Below, one piece after another: positions 10,123 to 21,293 of a stretch of DNA of 64,000 nucleotides. The notes beneath the pieces are model-generated. The model had not been told where the DNA came from. It did not search any database and was given only the letters and a program-made list of their open reading frames with translations. Every line of letters begins with the position of its first letter. The first letter of the stretch is position 1. Made by a program: the position numbers and the translations under genes. This DNA comes from Candidatus Latescibacterota bacterium (GTDB taxonomy: Bacteria > Latescibacterota > UBA2968 > UBA8231): NCBI GenBank assembly GCA_965223905.1, contig CBDCXV010000011.1, positions 1,632,001-1,696,000 of the forward strand, in the 5' to 3' direction.

Positions 10123-10989
10123 CAAGATCGTTGGATTCGCGTACACATCAGGACGAATCTCGCTGACCGTACATCGGGGGTTCTTTTTCGCATCCTCGAC
10201 GACCTGCTTCGAAACCTCGACGACGACCATCCCCCCGCCGCCGGTGGTGTGCTCCCCCACCAGGCGGCCGCTCGGATCCACCGCAAGGCAATAACCCGGA
10301 AACCACGCGCGGCCGCTCAGGCCGGCCTGGTTGGCGAAGAACACGTACAAGCCGTTGTCGACCGCCCGGGCTGGAAGCAGGTACATGACCTCCTCCACAT
10401 GCGCCTTTACCTGCTCGCTCTGGTCGCCGTCGTCGCCGACCAGTTCCCCGTAGCCGCTGCCTCCGACCGGGAGTAGGAACAGCTCGGCCCCCTTCAGCGC
10501 GGCTGCCCGGAAGATCTCCGGGAATCTCACGTCGTAGCAGATCCCGACGCTGAAGGTCCAGCCCTGGGAGGTCACGACCGGCAATGTATCGCCGGGCAGG
10601 AACCACTTCCTCTCCGTCCCCTTCGGAAGGTGCAGCTTGCGGAAAGTCGCAAGGTGGCCCTCGGGCCCGACGATCAGGGCGCTGTTGAGAAAGCGCTCGC
10701 CGGCGGGCTCAATCAGCCCCACCACCGCGGTCATCTCCATCTCCCGGCACAGCGACTCCAGCCGCGGCCCGGTCACCGCCGCGGCGTACTTCGCGATCTC
10801 CATCGCCTCCGGGAAGGTCAGGTCCGACTTGTTCATCGAGCCGGTGACGCACTCTTCGGTGAACAGGGCGAAGGTCGCGCCTTGCGCGTGCGCCTCGCGC
10901 ATCCAGTGCTCGACGCGCTTCAGGTTCTCTTCCGGATCCCCCATTTCGCTGTGCATTGCGATCGCGGCGACCCGCGCCGTGTCATTCAT
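10111..10989 (-). CDS. Carbon-nitrogen hydrolase (nitrilase superfamily)
   Basis: Catalytic E-K-C contexts: LFTEE, FRKLHL, GICYDVRFPE; also ARAVDNG.Y...AN. Confidence 0.92.
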   Translation of the reverse strand: MNDTARVAAIAMHSEMGDPEENLKRVEHWMREAHAQGATFALFTEECVTGSMNKSDLTFPEAMEIAKYAAAVTGPRLESLCREMEMTAVVGLIEPAGERFLNSALIVGPEGHLATFRKLHLPKGTERKWFLPGDTLPVVTSQGWTFSVGICYDVRFPEIFRAAALKGAELFLLPVGGSGYGELVGDDGDQSEQVKAHVEEVMYLLPARAVDNGLYVFFANQAGLSGRAWFPGYCLAVDPSGRLVGEHTTGGGGMVVVEVSKQVVEDAKKNPRCTVSEIRPDVYANPTILKGG

Positions 10990-11045
10990 TCGTTTTCACT
11001 CAGATGCATGTGAGGGCTCCTGGCCATAAACCCATGCGAGGGCGG

Positions 11046-11100
11046 CCCCTCGGGTTCGTATGCAGCCGTTCGCCGCGTACATACTCGAACCCGGGAGGGG
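11046..11100. repeat. Intergenic stem-loop between divergent genes
   Basis: CCCCT-CGGGTTCG-TATG ... CATA-CT-CGAACCCG-GG-AGGGG. Confidence 0.5.
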
Positions 11101-11325
11101 ACCGCAAGCAGGTCCCGGGCCCCGGATCGCGATTCTCTGGGCATCGGCTGATGACCCGGTTCGACTGGCTGTCGGAATATCAAACCGTCGCGAGCGCCGG
11201 TCACCTCCTGTCGACGATCCACGCAGCCGGCGTAGCGAACCCCGCCCTTTCGCACCATTTTCCTGGGCCGGCACCATCCCGCCGGAAACGAAGCAAACCG
11301 CATTCGGAGCTCGCGGACAAATCAA

Positions 11326-12972
11326 ATGAACGGCACCGAGCTCATCGCCCGGATACTCAAGACCGAAGGAGTCGAGTGGCTGGCCTGCTTCCCTTCCAAT
11401 CCGCTGATCGAAGCCGCGGCCAGAGAAGGAATCCGGCCCGTCATGTTCCGCCATGAACGCGGCGCCGTCATGGCCGCGGACGGGTACAGCCGCACCAGCG
11501 ACCGGCAGCGCTTCGGCGTCGTCGCGGTTCAGTCCCAGCCGGGCGCGGAGAACGCGATGGGCGGGCTGGCCCAGTCGTTCGCCGACAACGTTCCGATACT
11601 GATGTTGCCGGAGGGGGTGCAGCTGGACCGGATCGGAGTGCGGCCGAATTTCTCCGCCGCCCGGCAATACCAGGGCCTGGTAAAGCGGGTCGAGACGATC
11701 TACGCGCCGGACCAGGTCTCCGCGGTCATGCGGCGCGCCTTTCACGCGTTGCGCAACGGTCCCTCCGGTCCCGTGGTGGTCGAGATGCCCGCGGACGTGT
11801 GCGCCCGGGAAGTGCCGGCGGACGCGCCGGAGTACCGCGCTCCCGGGATGTCGCTTCAGGCGCCGTCGAACGGCGACGTGAAGGATGCAGCAAAGCTGCT
11901 GCTGGAAGCGGGAAAACCCCTGATATGGGCCGGTGCCGGCGTCCTCTTTTCCGGGGCCGGCAGGGAACTGAAGGAGCTGGCGGAGCTGACCGGAATCCCG
12001 GTGTTCTGCACCCTGGCGGGCAAATCCGCTTTCGACGAACGGCACCCCCTGTCGCTGGGCGCCGGCAGCCGGGCGATGAACCTGGCGGCCCGCACCTCGA
12101 TCCTCGAATGCGACCTGCTGCTGGCGGTCGGCGCCAGCCTGAGCCGGTCCCCCTACTCTCACGAGATCCGGTCGGAAACCGTCATCATCCAGAACAGCAG
12201 CAACCCGGAAGACATCAACAAGGACGAAGCGGCCGCCGTCGGCCTGATCGGGGATGCCCGGCTGACCCTGGAAGCTCTCGTCGACGAGGTGCGAACCCGG
12301 GTCGGGAAGCCGGGCCGCGAGGAGCGGAAACGGCGGATTGCCGCGGAGATTGCCGCCCTGAAAGAGCAATGGCTGGCGGAGTGGACGCCGCTGCTGAACT
12401 CACCGGAACAACCTCTCAACCCCTACCGGGTTATCCAGGCGATCGATCGCACTCTCGACAGGGAGAACAGCATCGTCACCCACGACGCCGGCGCCCCGCG
12501 CGATTCGATGGTCCCCTTCTACACCGCCACCGCACCCCACAGCTACGTCGGCTGGGGGCGGACCACCCATTTGGGCTTCGGCATCCCCCTGATGATCGGA
12601 GCCAAGCTCGCCCACCCCGACAAGTTCTGCCTCAACCTGATGGGGGACGGCGCCTTCGGCATGTCCGGGCTCGACATCGAAACCGCGGTGCGCGCCCAGG
12701 TGCCGATCACGACCGTGGTGCTCGACAACGGGGGCATGGCGACCTACCCGGGCGGCTTTCCGACCGCCCGCGAGCGCTACGGGGTTTCGCAGATGACGGG
12801 GAACTACGCCGGGCTGGCCGAAGCGATGGGCGCCGCCGGCATCGTCGTCAAGGAGGCGGACGAGCTGGTTCCCGCCCTCGAGCGGGCGCAGCGGCTCAAT
12901 GCCGAGGGGCGGACGGTGCTGCTCGACGTCCACTGCCGCATTGAGTTCCGGCAGTCGCGCTGGGACCGCTAG
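11326..12972 (+). CDS. Thiamine-pyrophosphate-dependent enzyme (acetolactate synthase-like superfamily)
   Basis: RHERGAVMAADGYSR, GPSGPVVVEMPAD, TPP-binding MGDGAFGM...VVLDN. Confidence 0.92.
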   Translation: MNGTELIARILKTEGVEWLACFPSNPLIEAAAREGIRPVMFRHERGAVMAADGYSRTSDRQRFGVVAVQSQPGAENAMGGLAQSFADNVPILMLPEGVQLDRIGVRPNFSAARQYQGLVKRVETIYAPDQVSAVMRRAFHALRNGPSGPVVVEMPADVCAREVPADAPEYRAPGMSLQAPSNGDVKDAAKLLLEAGKPLIWAGAGVLFSGAGRELKELAELTGIPVFCTLAGKSAFDERHPLSLGAGSRAMNLAARTSILECDLLLAVGASLSRSPYSHEIRSETVIIQNSSNPEDINKDEAAAVGLIGDARLTLEALVDEVRTRVGKPGREERKRRIAAEIAALKEQWLAEWTPLLNSPEQPLNPYRVIQAIDRTLDRENSIVTHDAGAPRDSMVPFYTATAPHSYVGWGRTTHLGFGIPLMIGAKLAHPDKFCLNLMGDGAFGMSGLDIETAVRAQVPITTVVLDNGGMATYPGGFPTARERYGVSQMTGNYAGLAEAMGAAGIVVKEADELVPALERAQRLNAEGRTVLLDVHCRIEFRQSRWDR

Positions 12973-13029
12973 CGTGCTGAATGAGATTCCGACCCAACGA
13001 TCCCCAACCCACAATCAGGAGGAAACAAG

Positions 13030-14142
13030 ATGGCAGAATACCGCGGAGGCGTAATCGGCCTTGGCTACATGGGCATGCTCTACGACCTGACCTACAACAA
13101 CCGCCACCCCGACCGCTACCACGTCGACGACATCGACCGCCCCACCCCCGAGCTCGACGTCCACCGCACCTTCCACCACTACGAGTACCCCGGCGCCTGG
13201 GTTCCCACTTCCTACGCCGAGGCTCTCGTCGACCGGCCGGAAATCGACCTGGTCGCAGGGGCCGACCGAGATCCCAAACGGATCGAGGTCTTCAGCGAGC
13301 GCTACGGCGTCGACGCCGTCTACACCGACGCCTATGAGATGCTGCGCGAGGAACGCCTCGACATCGTCGCCATCGCCACCAACACCAAGGGGCGCGCCGA
13401 CCTGACCTGCGCCGCGGTCGAGGCCGGGGCCAGGGCGATCGTGACCGACAAGCCGATGTGCCACTCGCTGGAGGAGGCCGACCGCATGGTCAAGGCCTGC
13501 GCCGAAGCCGGAGTACCTCTCTCCTGCGGGGCCATCACCACCACCCACCCTTCCTTCGGCCACGCCAGGAAGCTGGTGCAGGAGGGAGCCATCGGCGAGG
13601 TAGTCTCGATGGAGACGACGGGACCGGGGGCCCAGCACCAGAACTGGTCCTACTTCCTCGACTCCGCCCCCGCCTGGGTCGTCGGCACCGGCCACCGGCA
13701 GGAGAACGAGAGCAACGAATTCCGCGGCCAGGGGTTTCTCGTCGCAGAAGACGGATTGATCGTCCATTTCCGTCGCGGCGCCCCCCAGCTTCGCATAACC
13801 GGCACCATCGGCGAGCTGGTCCACGACTGGTCGAATGGATGGCGCAAGTGGTCGGAAATGGAAGTGCCTCTGATGCCCGAGGGCAGGAAGATGGCCAAGG
13901 TTCGGGTCGAGCTGCCCTGGGACGGCCCGCAGACCGGCATTTACGGGGCGATCTTCTCACTCGCCGACGTCATGGACTGTCTTGCCGGCAAGCTCGACGA
14001 ACCGAAGAATTCCGGCCGCCGGGTGGCCGTTGCCCTGGAGGCCAGCCTCGCCCTGAAGGAATCCTCCGCCCGCAACGGCGCCCGCGTGGATTTTCCCCTG
14101 GCCGACCGCTCGCTCCGTGAGGAGTACGACTGGTTCAGGTAG
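13030..14142 (+). CDS. Gfo/Idh/MocA family oxidoreductase
   Basis: GVIGLGYMG Rossmann motif, YTDAYEML...LDIVAIAT, DKPM. Strong RBS AGGAGG upstream. Confidence 0.9.
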   Translation: MAEYRGGVIGLGYMGMLYDLTYNNRHPDRYHVDDIDRPTPELDVHRTFHHYEYPGAWVPTSYAEALVDRPEIDLVAGADRDPKRIEVFSERYGVDAVYTDAYEMLREERLDIVAIATNTKGRADLTCAAVEAGARAIVTDKPMCHSLEEADRMVKACAEAGVPLSCGAITTTHPSFGHARKLVQEGAIGEVVSMETTGPGAQHQNWSYFLDSAPAWVVGTGHRQENESNEFRGQGFLVAEDGLIVHFRRGAPQLRITGTIGELVHDWSNGWRKWSEMEVPLMPEGRKMAKVRVELPWDGPQTGIYGAIFSLADVMDCLAGKLDEPKNSGRRVAVALEASLALKESSARNGARVDFPLADRSLREEYDWFR

Positions 14143-14258
14143 GACCGGGCACTCCGGGCAACTGCGACCGGCATTTCAGTCTGGCGCGGTCCCCGTATCT
14201 CGGTCCGGGAAGTCAGCGGCAGACGCTGGTGTTACGGCAGCTCCGAGCCACCGTTCCC

Positions 14259-15104
14259 CTAGTTGGCCACGAAGTGCCGGTAGAGCGGCTTCACCTCTTC
14301 GGGAAGCCCTTCGTACACGTCGCGGCGCAGCGGCTCCATTTCGTAGTTCTTCCCGCGGGTCTCCACCACCATCATCTCGTGCTCCGGTGTGCCTGTCTGC
14401 GCCGGATTCAGGTTCAGCCACCAGGGAGCGTAGCGCACGATCAGCGCCACCCGGGGGCTGCCGCTCCGGTTGGGGGCCACTGCGTGCCACTGCCGGCTGT
14501 CGGAGAGCAGCACCGCTCCCGCCCTGCCCTCGGCGTGGACCTCGGCCGGCTGGGGTGCCTCGTGGTCGAACCCGGGGAGGTCTCCCTTCGCCGGATTGTG
14601 GTCCTTCCGGTGCGTGCCCGGCAACAGCAGCGTCCCTCCGTTGGCGGCGGTGAAATCGGTCAGCATCCACAGCGACGACGCGTGCATCATCACGTCCGGG
14701 TAGGGGGCGGGGACATTGGAGGCGTTCGTCTGGTTGAAGGGCCAGTCCGCGTGCCAGTAGCCGCGCTCGTTCCCGGGGTGGTTCACCACGGCGTCGGTGC
14801 ATGAGATCCGCAGCCAGGGACCGAAGAAGATCTCGAGTGCCCCGACGATCCGCCGGTCGGCCAGGTACGGCGCGAACGACTGGTCGTGGTTTATCGCCTG
14901 CTTGAGCACGCCGACGCCGCGGGCTCCGATGCGGTGGCCCCTGGCGCGGGTCGCCTTTTCCCTGGCCTGGTTGGCGGCGTCGTTGGCCTCCTGGGCCCGG
15001 ACGACGCGCTCCCGAATCCTGCCGACCTCCCCGGCGGGGATGACGTCCTCGACGATACAGTAGCCGTTTTGCCTGATCTGCTCCGCTATTTCAGTTGGTT
15101 CCAT
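14259..15104 (-). CDS. Phytanoyl-CoA dioxygenase (PhyH) family Fe(II)/2OG oxygenase
   Basis: Start MEPTEIAEQ at 15104. NGYCIVEDVI, canonical WHAD, NGGTLLLPGTH, DSRQWHAVAPN..R. Confidence 0.9.
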   Translation of the reverse strand: MEPTEIAEQIRQNGYCIVEDVIPAGEVGRIRERVVRAQEANDAANQAREKATRARGHRIGARGVGVLKQAINHDQSFAPYLADRRIVGALEIFFGPWLRISCTDAVVNHPGNERGYWHADWPFNQTNASNVPAPYPDVMMHASSLWMLTDFTAANGGTLLLPGTHRKDHNPAKGDLPGFDHEAPQPAEVHAEGRAGAVLLSDSRQWHAVAPNRSGSPRVALIVRYAPWWLNLNPAQTGTPEHEMMVVETRGKNYEMEPLRRDVYEGLPEEVKPLYRHFVAN

Positions 15105-15338
15105 GCGGCTGTCCTTTGCCCGAGTGTCGGGTCGGTTGTCCGGACCGAAGGAATGAGGAAACGCAATCCCCTGGCAAGTTGGATGGCCCTGTGTGTTGCA
15201 TGATTGGCGCCCGGGTGTTCGGGCCGGCCGCATGGGCAACCCACCATGCATCCACATCAATAAAACGGCGGCTTTGCCATCGCCCCCCACTGCCGCCGGT
15301 TTTTCCTGCTCAGGTATCCTGCCCTCGTTCTGATCAGC

Positions 15339-16706
15339 TCAGAACCGCAGCGAGAACACCGTCCGCACCCCCGGTTGCGAGCGCACCGAGATGGAGCCGC
15401 GGTGCAGCCTCATGATCTGGCGGCACAGGCTCAGTCCGATTCCCGAGCCGTTCTGCCTGGTCGTGAAGAAGGGGATGAAGAGCTTGCCGAGCGCCTCCTC
15501 GACGATCCCCGTCCCGTTGTCCGCGACCTCGACGACGACCTTCCCCCGCGCCAGGTGAGCGCTCAGGTCGACGCGCGCCCCGGCGCCGCCCTCGGTGGCT
15601 TCGCAGGCGTTGCTCAGCAGGTTGATGAGGACCTGCTCGACCTGCCCCGGATCCGCGGTCAGCTCGAGGCCGGGGGGATCGACCTCGGTGTGAAGCTCGA
15701 TCCCTGACTCGGCGAACTGGGGCCGCAGCAGCTGTTCGACTCGGGAGAAAACGCCGGCCACCGGGACGATCTCGAACGAAGGCGCCGGCACCCGGGTGAG
15801 GCCGCGGTAGGCTTCGACGAACTGCATCAGGCCCTCGCTGCGCCGCTGGATGGTGCCGACCGCGGTGCGGATGTCTTCGGCGGTCTCCCCGTCGAGGCCC
15901 CCTTCCTTCAGCATGCCGTCCGCGGTGGCCGCCAGCGAGGCGATCGGGGTGATGGAGTTCATGATCTCGTGGGTCAGCACGCGGATCAGGTTCTGCCAGG
16001 CCTCCGTCTCCTTTTCGTCGAGGTCGGGACCGATGTCCTGGAGCGCCACCAGGGTGTGCTCACGGTCCTCCGTGCGGAACACCGAGGCGTGCAGGGCGAG
16101 CTGGATCTCCTCCAAGCGCACCAGGTCGCGGCCCCGGGGCCCGAGTTTTTTCAGGGCCGCGGCCAGGCCGGGACTTACGCGGTCGAGGTCGGCGATGTCG
16201 CCCAACCGGGGCACCCCCAGAAGGCGCGTGGCGGCGTTGTTGATCAGCGACACCCTGCCGCCGCGGTCGAACACGAGCAGGCCGACGCCGATATGCTGCA
16301 CCACGGTCTGCAGGTAGCGCGCCTGTTCCTCCTTCTCCGCCCGCGCCAGACGGAAGGCGTCGAGGACCTCGTTGAACGCCGTCTTGAGCTCGTCGAAGGA
16401 GGAGCCGAGACCGCCGGTGACGAAGGTCTGCGAGAAGTCGGCGTAACGGATGGCGGCGAGGAAGCGGGCCAGGTCGCGGTTGGTGCGGTCGACGAAATGG
16501 ACGAGGCCGTAGATCTGGTAGAGCAGGAGGAGGGCGGCGGCGACGGTAACGGCGGGGTAGCTCCATCCTCCCGCCGTCGTGTGGAACAGCAGCCACAGGG
16601 TGGCGCCGAGAAGAAGGACGCGGAGCAGGATCCGCGCGCGGAAGGAGCGGCAGCCCTGAATCAGGCGGCGCGGCAGATTCGTCAGGTCCCGGACTTCAGA
16701 GGCCAT
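15339..16706 (-). CDS. Sensor histidine kinase (2 TM, PAS-like, NtrY/NtrB-like)
   Basis: H-box LTHEIMNSITPI, N-box QVLINLLSNA, DNGTGI, FIPFFTT, GSGIGLS. Confidence 0.92.
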   Translation of the reverse strand: MASEVRDLTNLPRRLIQGCRSFRARILLRVLLLGATLWLLFHTTAGGWSYPAVTVAAALLLLYQIYGLVHFVDRTNRDLARFLAAIRYADFSQTFVTGGLGSSFDELKTAFNEVLDAFRLARAEKEEQARYLQTVVQHIGVGLLVFDRGGRVSLINNAATRLLGVPRLGDIADLDRVSPGLAAALKKLGPRGRDLVRLEEIQLALHASVFRTEDREHTLVALQDIGPDLDEKETEAWQNLIRVLTHEIMNSITPIASLAATADGMLKEGGLDGETAEDIRTAVGTIQRRSEGLMQFVEAYRGLTRVPAPSFEIVPVAGVFSRVEQLLRPQFAESGIELHTEVDPPGLELTADPGQVEQVLINLLSNACEATEGGAGARVDLSAHLARGKVVVEVADNGTGIVEEALGKLFIPFFTTRQNGSGIGLSLCRQIMRLHRGSISVRSQPGVRTVFSLRF

Positions 16707-16795
16707 GCTTCTCCATGCGGCAGCAGAGGGCGGTGCGGCTCAGTCCGGGTCTTGTGAAGTGCGTTGTGCCGCTGGTCGCCAACGATTGGGCAGGA

Positions 16796-17184
16796 TTACG
16801 GTGGAAGGCTCAGCAGTACATCCGCCGGAATGCCCAGATGCTTTCTCAATGCGCCAACCTGCCGAAGGGAAAGAGGGCGGATTCCGCTGAAAAATTCCGA
16901 GGTCCGGCTTCTGCCTCCCAACCATTTCGCCAGGTCCGCCCGCGTAAGCCCCTTCTGCTCCAGGACGGAGTCGACCACTTCCTGGGGAGTGGCTGCTCGA
17001 AAGCAGGCACATGAGCGTCTTCATAAGCCTGCACCAGTACCGACAGGAACTCTAGCCGATCATACGCCTCGGACCCTGGCGGAGGATCGCTGTCGAGAAG
17101 GGCGTCGATTTCCGCGACGGCGGCATCGTACTCCTCCTCGTTCCTCAACAGGTGAGGTTGGGTGAAATCGAGCACTTCAGCCAC
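16796..17184 (-). pseudogene. higA: HigA-like HTH antitoxin, single frameshift
   Basis: RNEEEYDAAVAEIDALL...LSVLVQAYED, then after a shift at ~16990 TPQEVVDSVLEQKGLTRADLAKWLGGRSRTSEFFSGIRPLSLRQ...LGIPADVLL. Confidence 0.75.
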
Positions 17185-17609
17185 TCAGATGTCGCGCCAA
17201 CTCTTGGCTTCCACGAACAGCGAAAGATGGCCGATATTGTCTGTGACGATGGTGGCTCCGACTTCCCGGGCTTGAGCTGCAAGAATCACGTCGCAATCCA
17301 GTTCTTTGGATCGGCAGTCGGGCGACCTCGTTGTCTTGCTTCGGCCCATAACTGGGCGGCGCGCAACATAACGGCGGTGGTAACAGGCAAGTACGGCAGG
17401 GCCTGTTCGAGTTGGTCGAGGCGACAAACGCCCATCTCACGTCGGGCGCGGATTAACTCACGCCGTACTTCATAGTCGGAAATTTCGGGAATCATAACCG
17501 TTGTCTCAGTTGCCAACAGTTGGTCGAACCACTGAGCAAACGCGGGATTCTGCCGTGGATGGGACGCCTGTCCCAGAACTCCGGCATCGAACAGGAGTAC
17601 GTCAGGCAC
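17185..17609 (-). pseudogene. PIN-domain (VapC-like) toxin, single frameshift
   Basis: LLFDAGVLG, IPEISDYEVRRELIR, AAQLWAEARQRGRPTAD|xKELDCDVILAAQA, TDNIGHL. Shift at ~17305. Confidence 0.8.
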
Positions 17610-17805
17610 TGCATAGCTTTCTATGACCAGAGCGGTTGACCTCCAGATTTTGCTTGAGGTTGGACCACGTTGCCTCTTCATAGCCGGATTCGTCGGCCAA
17701 CCAGGCAGACAAGAGTCGTCGTGCCTTGGTATTTCCCTGATGCTGGGTCATGCCGTCTGTGCGTGCCGCTGGTCTTGCTACCTTTTCAGTCTGTAGATCG
17801 GTCAT
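17602..17805 (-). CDS. Small putative antitoxin upstream of the PIN toxin
   Basis: 67 aa with RBS GAAGGAGG, overlapping the toxin start. LLSAWLADESGYEEATWSNLKQNLEVNR..RKL resembles small proteins found upstream of this PIN subfamily. Confidence 0.65.
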   Translation of the reverse strand: MTDLQTEKVARPAARTDGMTQHQGNTKARRLLSAWLADESGYEEATWSNLKQNLEVNRSGHRKLCSA

Positions 17806-17919
17806 GCTTCCTCCTTCAGATTTCTTCCACTCGCCATAGTTGAACCTACTCTACACTGTGTCAGCCTGCCCAAAGGAAAAGGGCAGATCGGATACTGCAA
17901 AATCCGCAGGTAAGGCTTC

Positions 17920-19296
<1,377 letters not shown>

Positions 19297-19332
19297 GGAA
19301 GTTCATGTGGCGAGGCCAAGGAATTCGCGGCC

Positions 19333-19702
19333 GCGGCCATGGAAAGGCCCCGAGCGCAGGCAAAGCTTCGAGACGCGGATTCCCGCCTGCGAGCCTGGGA
19401 CATGGGAAATGCGGAGTTCGGGCGCCACCCCGCGCATTGGCGGCGGGGCCGCGGGTTCGGAGAATCGACGTTGCTGGGCCGCTGGGGAGTACCGCCTCCC
19501 GGGGGCGGGCCCGACGAGCCGGCACCGGGCCGGCATCGGGGCACGAGTTCTGGTATGGATTCGAGACGCCGCACTTCAGCATGCGGGCCGGGCGCTTCCG
19601 GCTGCGGCCGTGGAAAATGCCCCCGAACGCAGGCCAGGCTTGGAGACGCGGGATTCCAGCGCTCGAGCCGGGAGGCCTTGGCAATGGGAGTCCGGGGGCC
19701 AC
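19333..19702. repeat. Degenerate ~100-bp direct repeat in the intergenic region
   Basis: 19333-19428 and 19604-19702 align (GCGGCCRTGGAAA...CGCAGGC...GCTTSGAGACGC...GGATTCC...CGAGCC...AATG...GGAGT...GCCAC). Confidence 0.6.
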
Positions 19703-19746
19703 GCGGCGGCCGCTTGCAAGGGCTGGAGGAATGCCCTGGCAGGGTT

Positions 19747-19789
19747 CCAAGTGTACGCCAGCGGACACCAAGTGTATCGCCAGCGGACA
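19747..19789 (+). promoter_or_regulatory. Tandem putative enhancer-binding-protein sites (UAS)
   Basis: CCAAGTGTACGCCAGCGGACA followed by CCAAGTGTATCGCCAGCGGACA, containing TGT-N10-ACA and TGT-N11-ACA dyads. Confidence 0.65.
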
Positions 19790-19855
19790 GTCAAGGCCCC
19801 CCTTCCGTCGGGGCGATTCGTTTCATCCCGTTGTTTTCCAGAAGGTTAGGTGACA

Positions 19856-19871
19856 TAGCACGCATTTTGCT
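19856..19871 (+). promoter_or_regulatory. Putative sigma54 (-24/-12) promoter
   Basis: TAGCAC-GCATT-TTGCT against consensus TGGCAC-N5-TTGCW: one mismatch, exact spacing, 43 bp before the ATG. Confidence 0.6.
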
Positions 19872-19914
19872 TCGGCGGCATAAAGGACTGCGTCAAGATA
19901 CAGCTGAAAATATC

Positions 19915-21267
19915 ATGCCTGCGAACATCAAGGTTTTCCCAAAGAGCAAGGTCGAGCCTGCCGAATCCGACCCCGGCAGCACCCGCCCCGGCGGCGGCCT
20001 CGGCATGGACCGCAAAATCGAGAAGCGGCGCTTCACGCCGCGGCGCATCGCCCTGGGCGCTGCTGTTCTGCTGCTGGCCGGGCTGTGTGGATACGGCCTG
20101 CTCGCCGATTTCGGGGTGCGCAAGCTCAACGTCCAGCGCGACCGCCTGACCCTGTCGACGGTCGAGCTCGCCCCGTTCCTGGAGTACATCCCGGTGCGCG
20201 GCACCGTGCTGCCGTTGCGCACGGTGTACCTCGATGCCCTGGAGAGCGGCCAGGTGGTTCAGGTCTTCGCCGAAGAGGGGGCCCAGGTGGCCGCGGGCGA
20301 CCCGCTGCTGCGCCTCGCCAACCCCGACCTCGAGCTGACCATCCTGCAGCAGGAGGCCGGGCTGGAGCGCAGCAGGGAGGCGCTGCTCAACGGCCGGCTG
20401 ACCATGGAGCAGAACCTGCTGGCCTCGCGGAAGGGGCTGATGGAGATCGAGTACCGGCTCGCCGTGGACAAGCGCAACTTCGAGCGCTACCAGGACCTGC
20501 CCGCGGAGGACCTGGCCGCCATCATGTCGCGCCAGGAGTACGAGCGGCTGCGCGACGAGTACGAGTACAGCGCCCGCCGCATGGCCCTGACCCGCCAGAC
20601 CCTGACCCAGGACTCGCTGCTGGCGGCGAGCAAGGTGGTGCAGCTGGTCTCGGCGGTGGAGCGCACCGGGCGCGATCTCGAAATCGTCGGGCGGCGGCTG
20701 GACAACCTGACGGTGCGGGCCCCGGTGGCCGGGCAGCTGACCACGCTCGAGGCGGAGGTTGGAGAGAGCAAGGGGACCGGAGTGCGCTTTGGACAGATCG
20801 ACATGACCGGCGGCTTCAAGGTGCGCGCCGCCATCGACGAGCATTACATCGGCCGCGTCGGCCGGGGGCAACGGGGCAGCTTCGACAGCGGCGGTGAGAC
20901 GTACGGCCTGGTGATCCGCAAGGTCTACCCGGAGGTCAGGGAGGGCCGTTTCGAGGTGGATCTGGTCTTCGAGGGGGAAGCGCCCGAGGGCATCCGCCGG
21001 GGCCAGAGCCTGCACATCCGCCTGGAGCTGGGCAACCTCGAGGAGGCGGTGCAGGTGGCGCGCGGCGGGTTCTACCAGTCGACCGGGGGCCACTGGGCCT
21101 ACGTGCTCGACGCTTCCGGGGAGCAGGCGACGCGGCGCTCCATCTCCCTCGGGCGCCAGAACCCCCGGGTCTACGAGGTGCTGGAGGGACTCGAACCCGG
21201 GGAGCAGGTGATCACCTCGAGCTACGAGAGCTTCGGCGAAAACATGGACGTGCTGGTGTTGCGGTAA
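19915..21267 (+). CDS. MacA/HlyD-like periplasmic adaptor (membrane fusion protein)
   Basis: Start at ATG 19915 or 20005 (MDRKIEK). Single TM, biotinyl-lipoyl-like EEGAQVAAGDPLLRL, coiled coil, VRAPVAGQL, EVLEGLEPGEQVI. Confidence 0.9.
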   Translation: MPANIKVFPKSKVEPAESDPGSTRPGGGLGMDRKIEKRRFTPRRIALGAAVLLLAGLCGYGLLADFGVRKLNVQRDRLTLSTVELAPFLEYIPVRGTVLPLRTVYLDALESGQVVQVFAEEGAQVAAGDPLLRLANPDLELTILQQEAGLERSREALLNGRLTMEQNLLASRKGLMEIEYRLAVDKRNFERYQDLPAEDLAAIMSRQEYERLRDEYEYSARRMALTRQTLTQDSLLAASKVVQLVSAVERTGRDLEIVGRRLDNLTVRAPVAGQLTTLEAEVGESKGTGVRFGQIDMTGGFKVRAAIDEHYIGRVGRGQRGSFDSGGETYGLVIRKVYPEVREGRFEVDLVFEGEAPEGIRRGQSLHIRLELGNLEEAVQVARGGFYQSTGGHWAYVLDASGEQATRRSISLGRQNPRVYEVLEGLEPGEQVITSSYESFGENMDVLVLR

Positions 21268-21293
21268 GCGCACCCTGAACAAGGAGAGGAAAG

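Noticed and set aside
19747-19789. Short tandem repeats (also 10075-10122 and 60585-60660) as CRISPR arrays
   Set aside because: Only two copies each, no repeat-spacer series and no cas genes.
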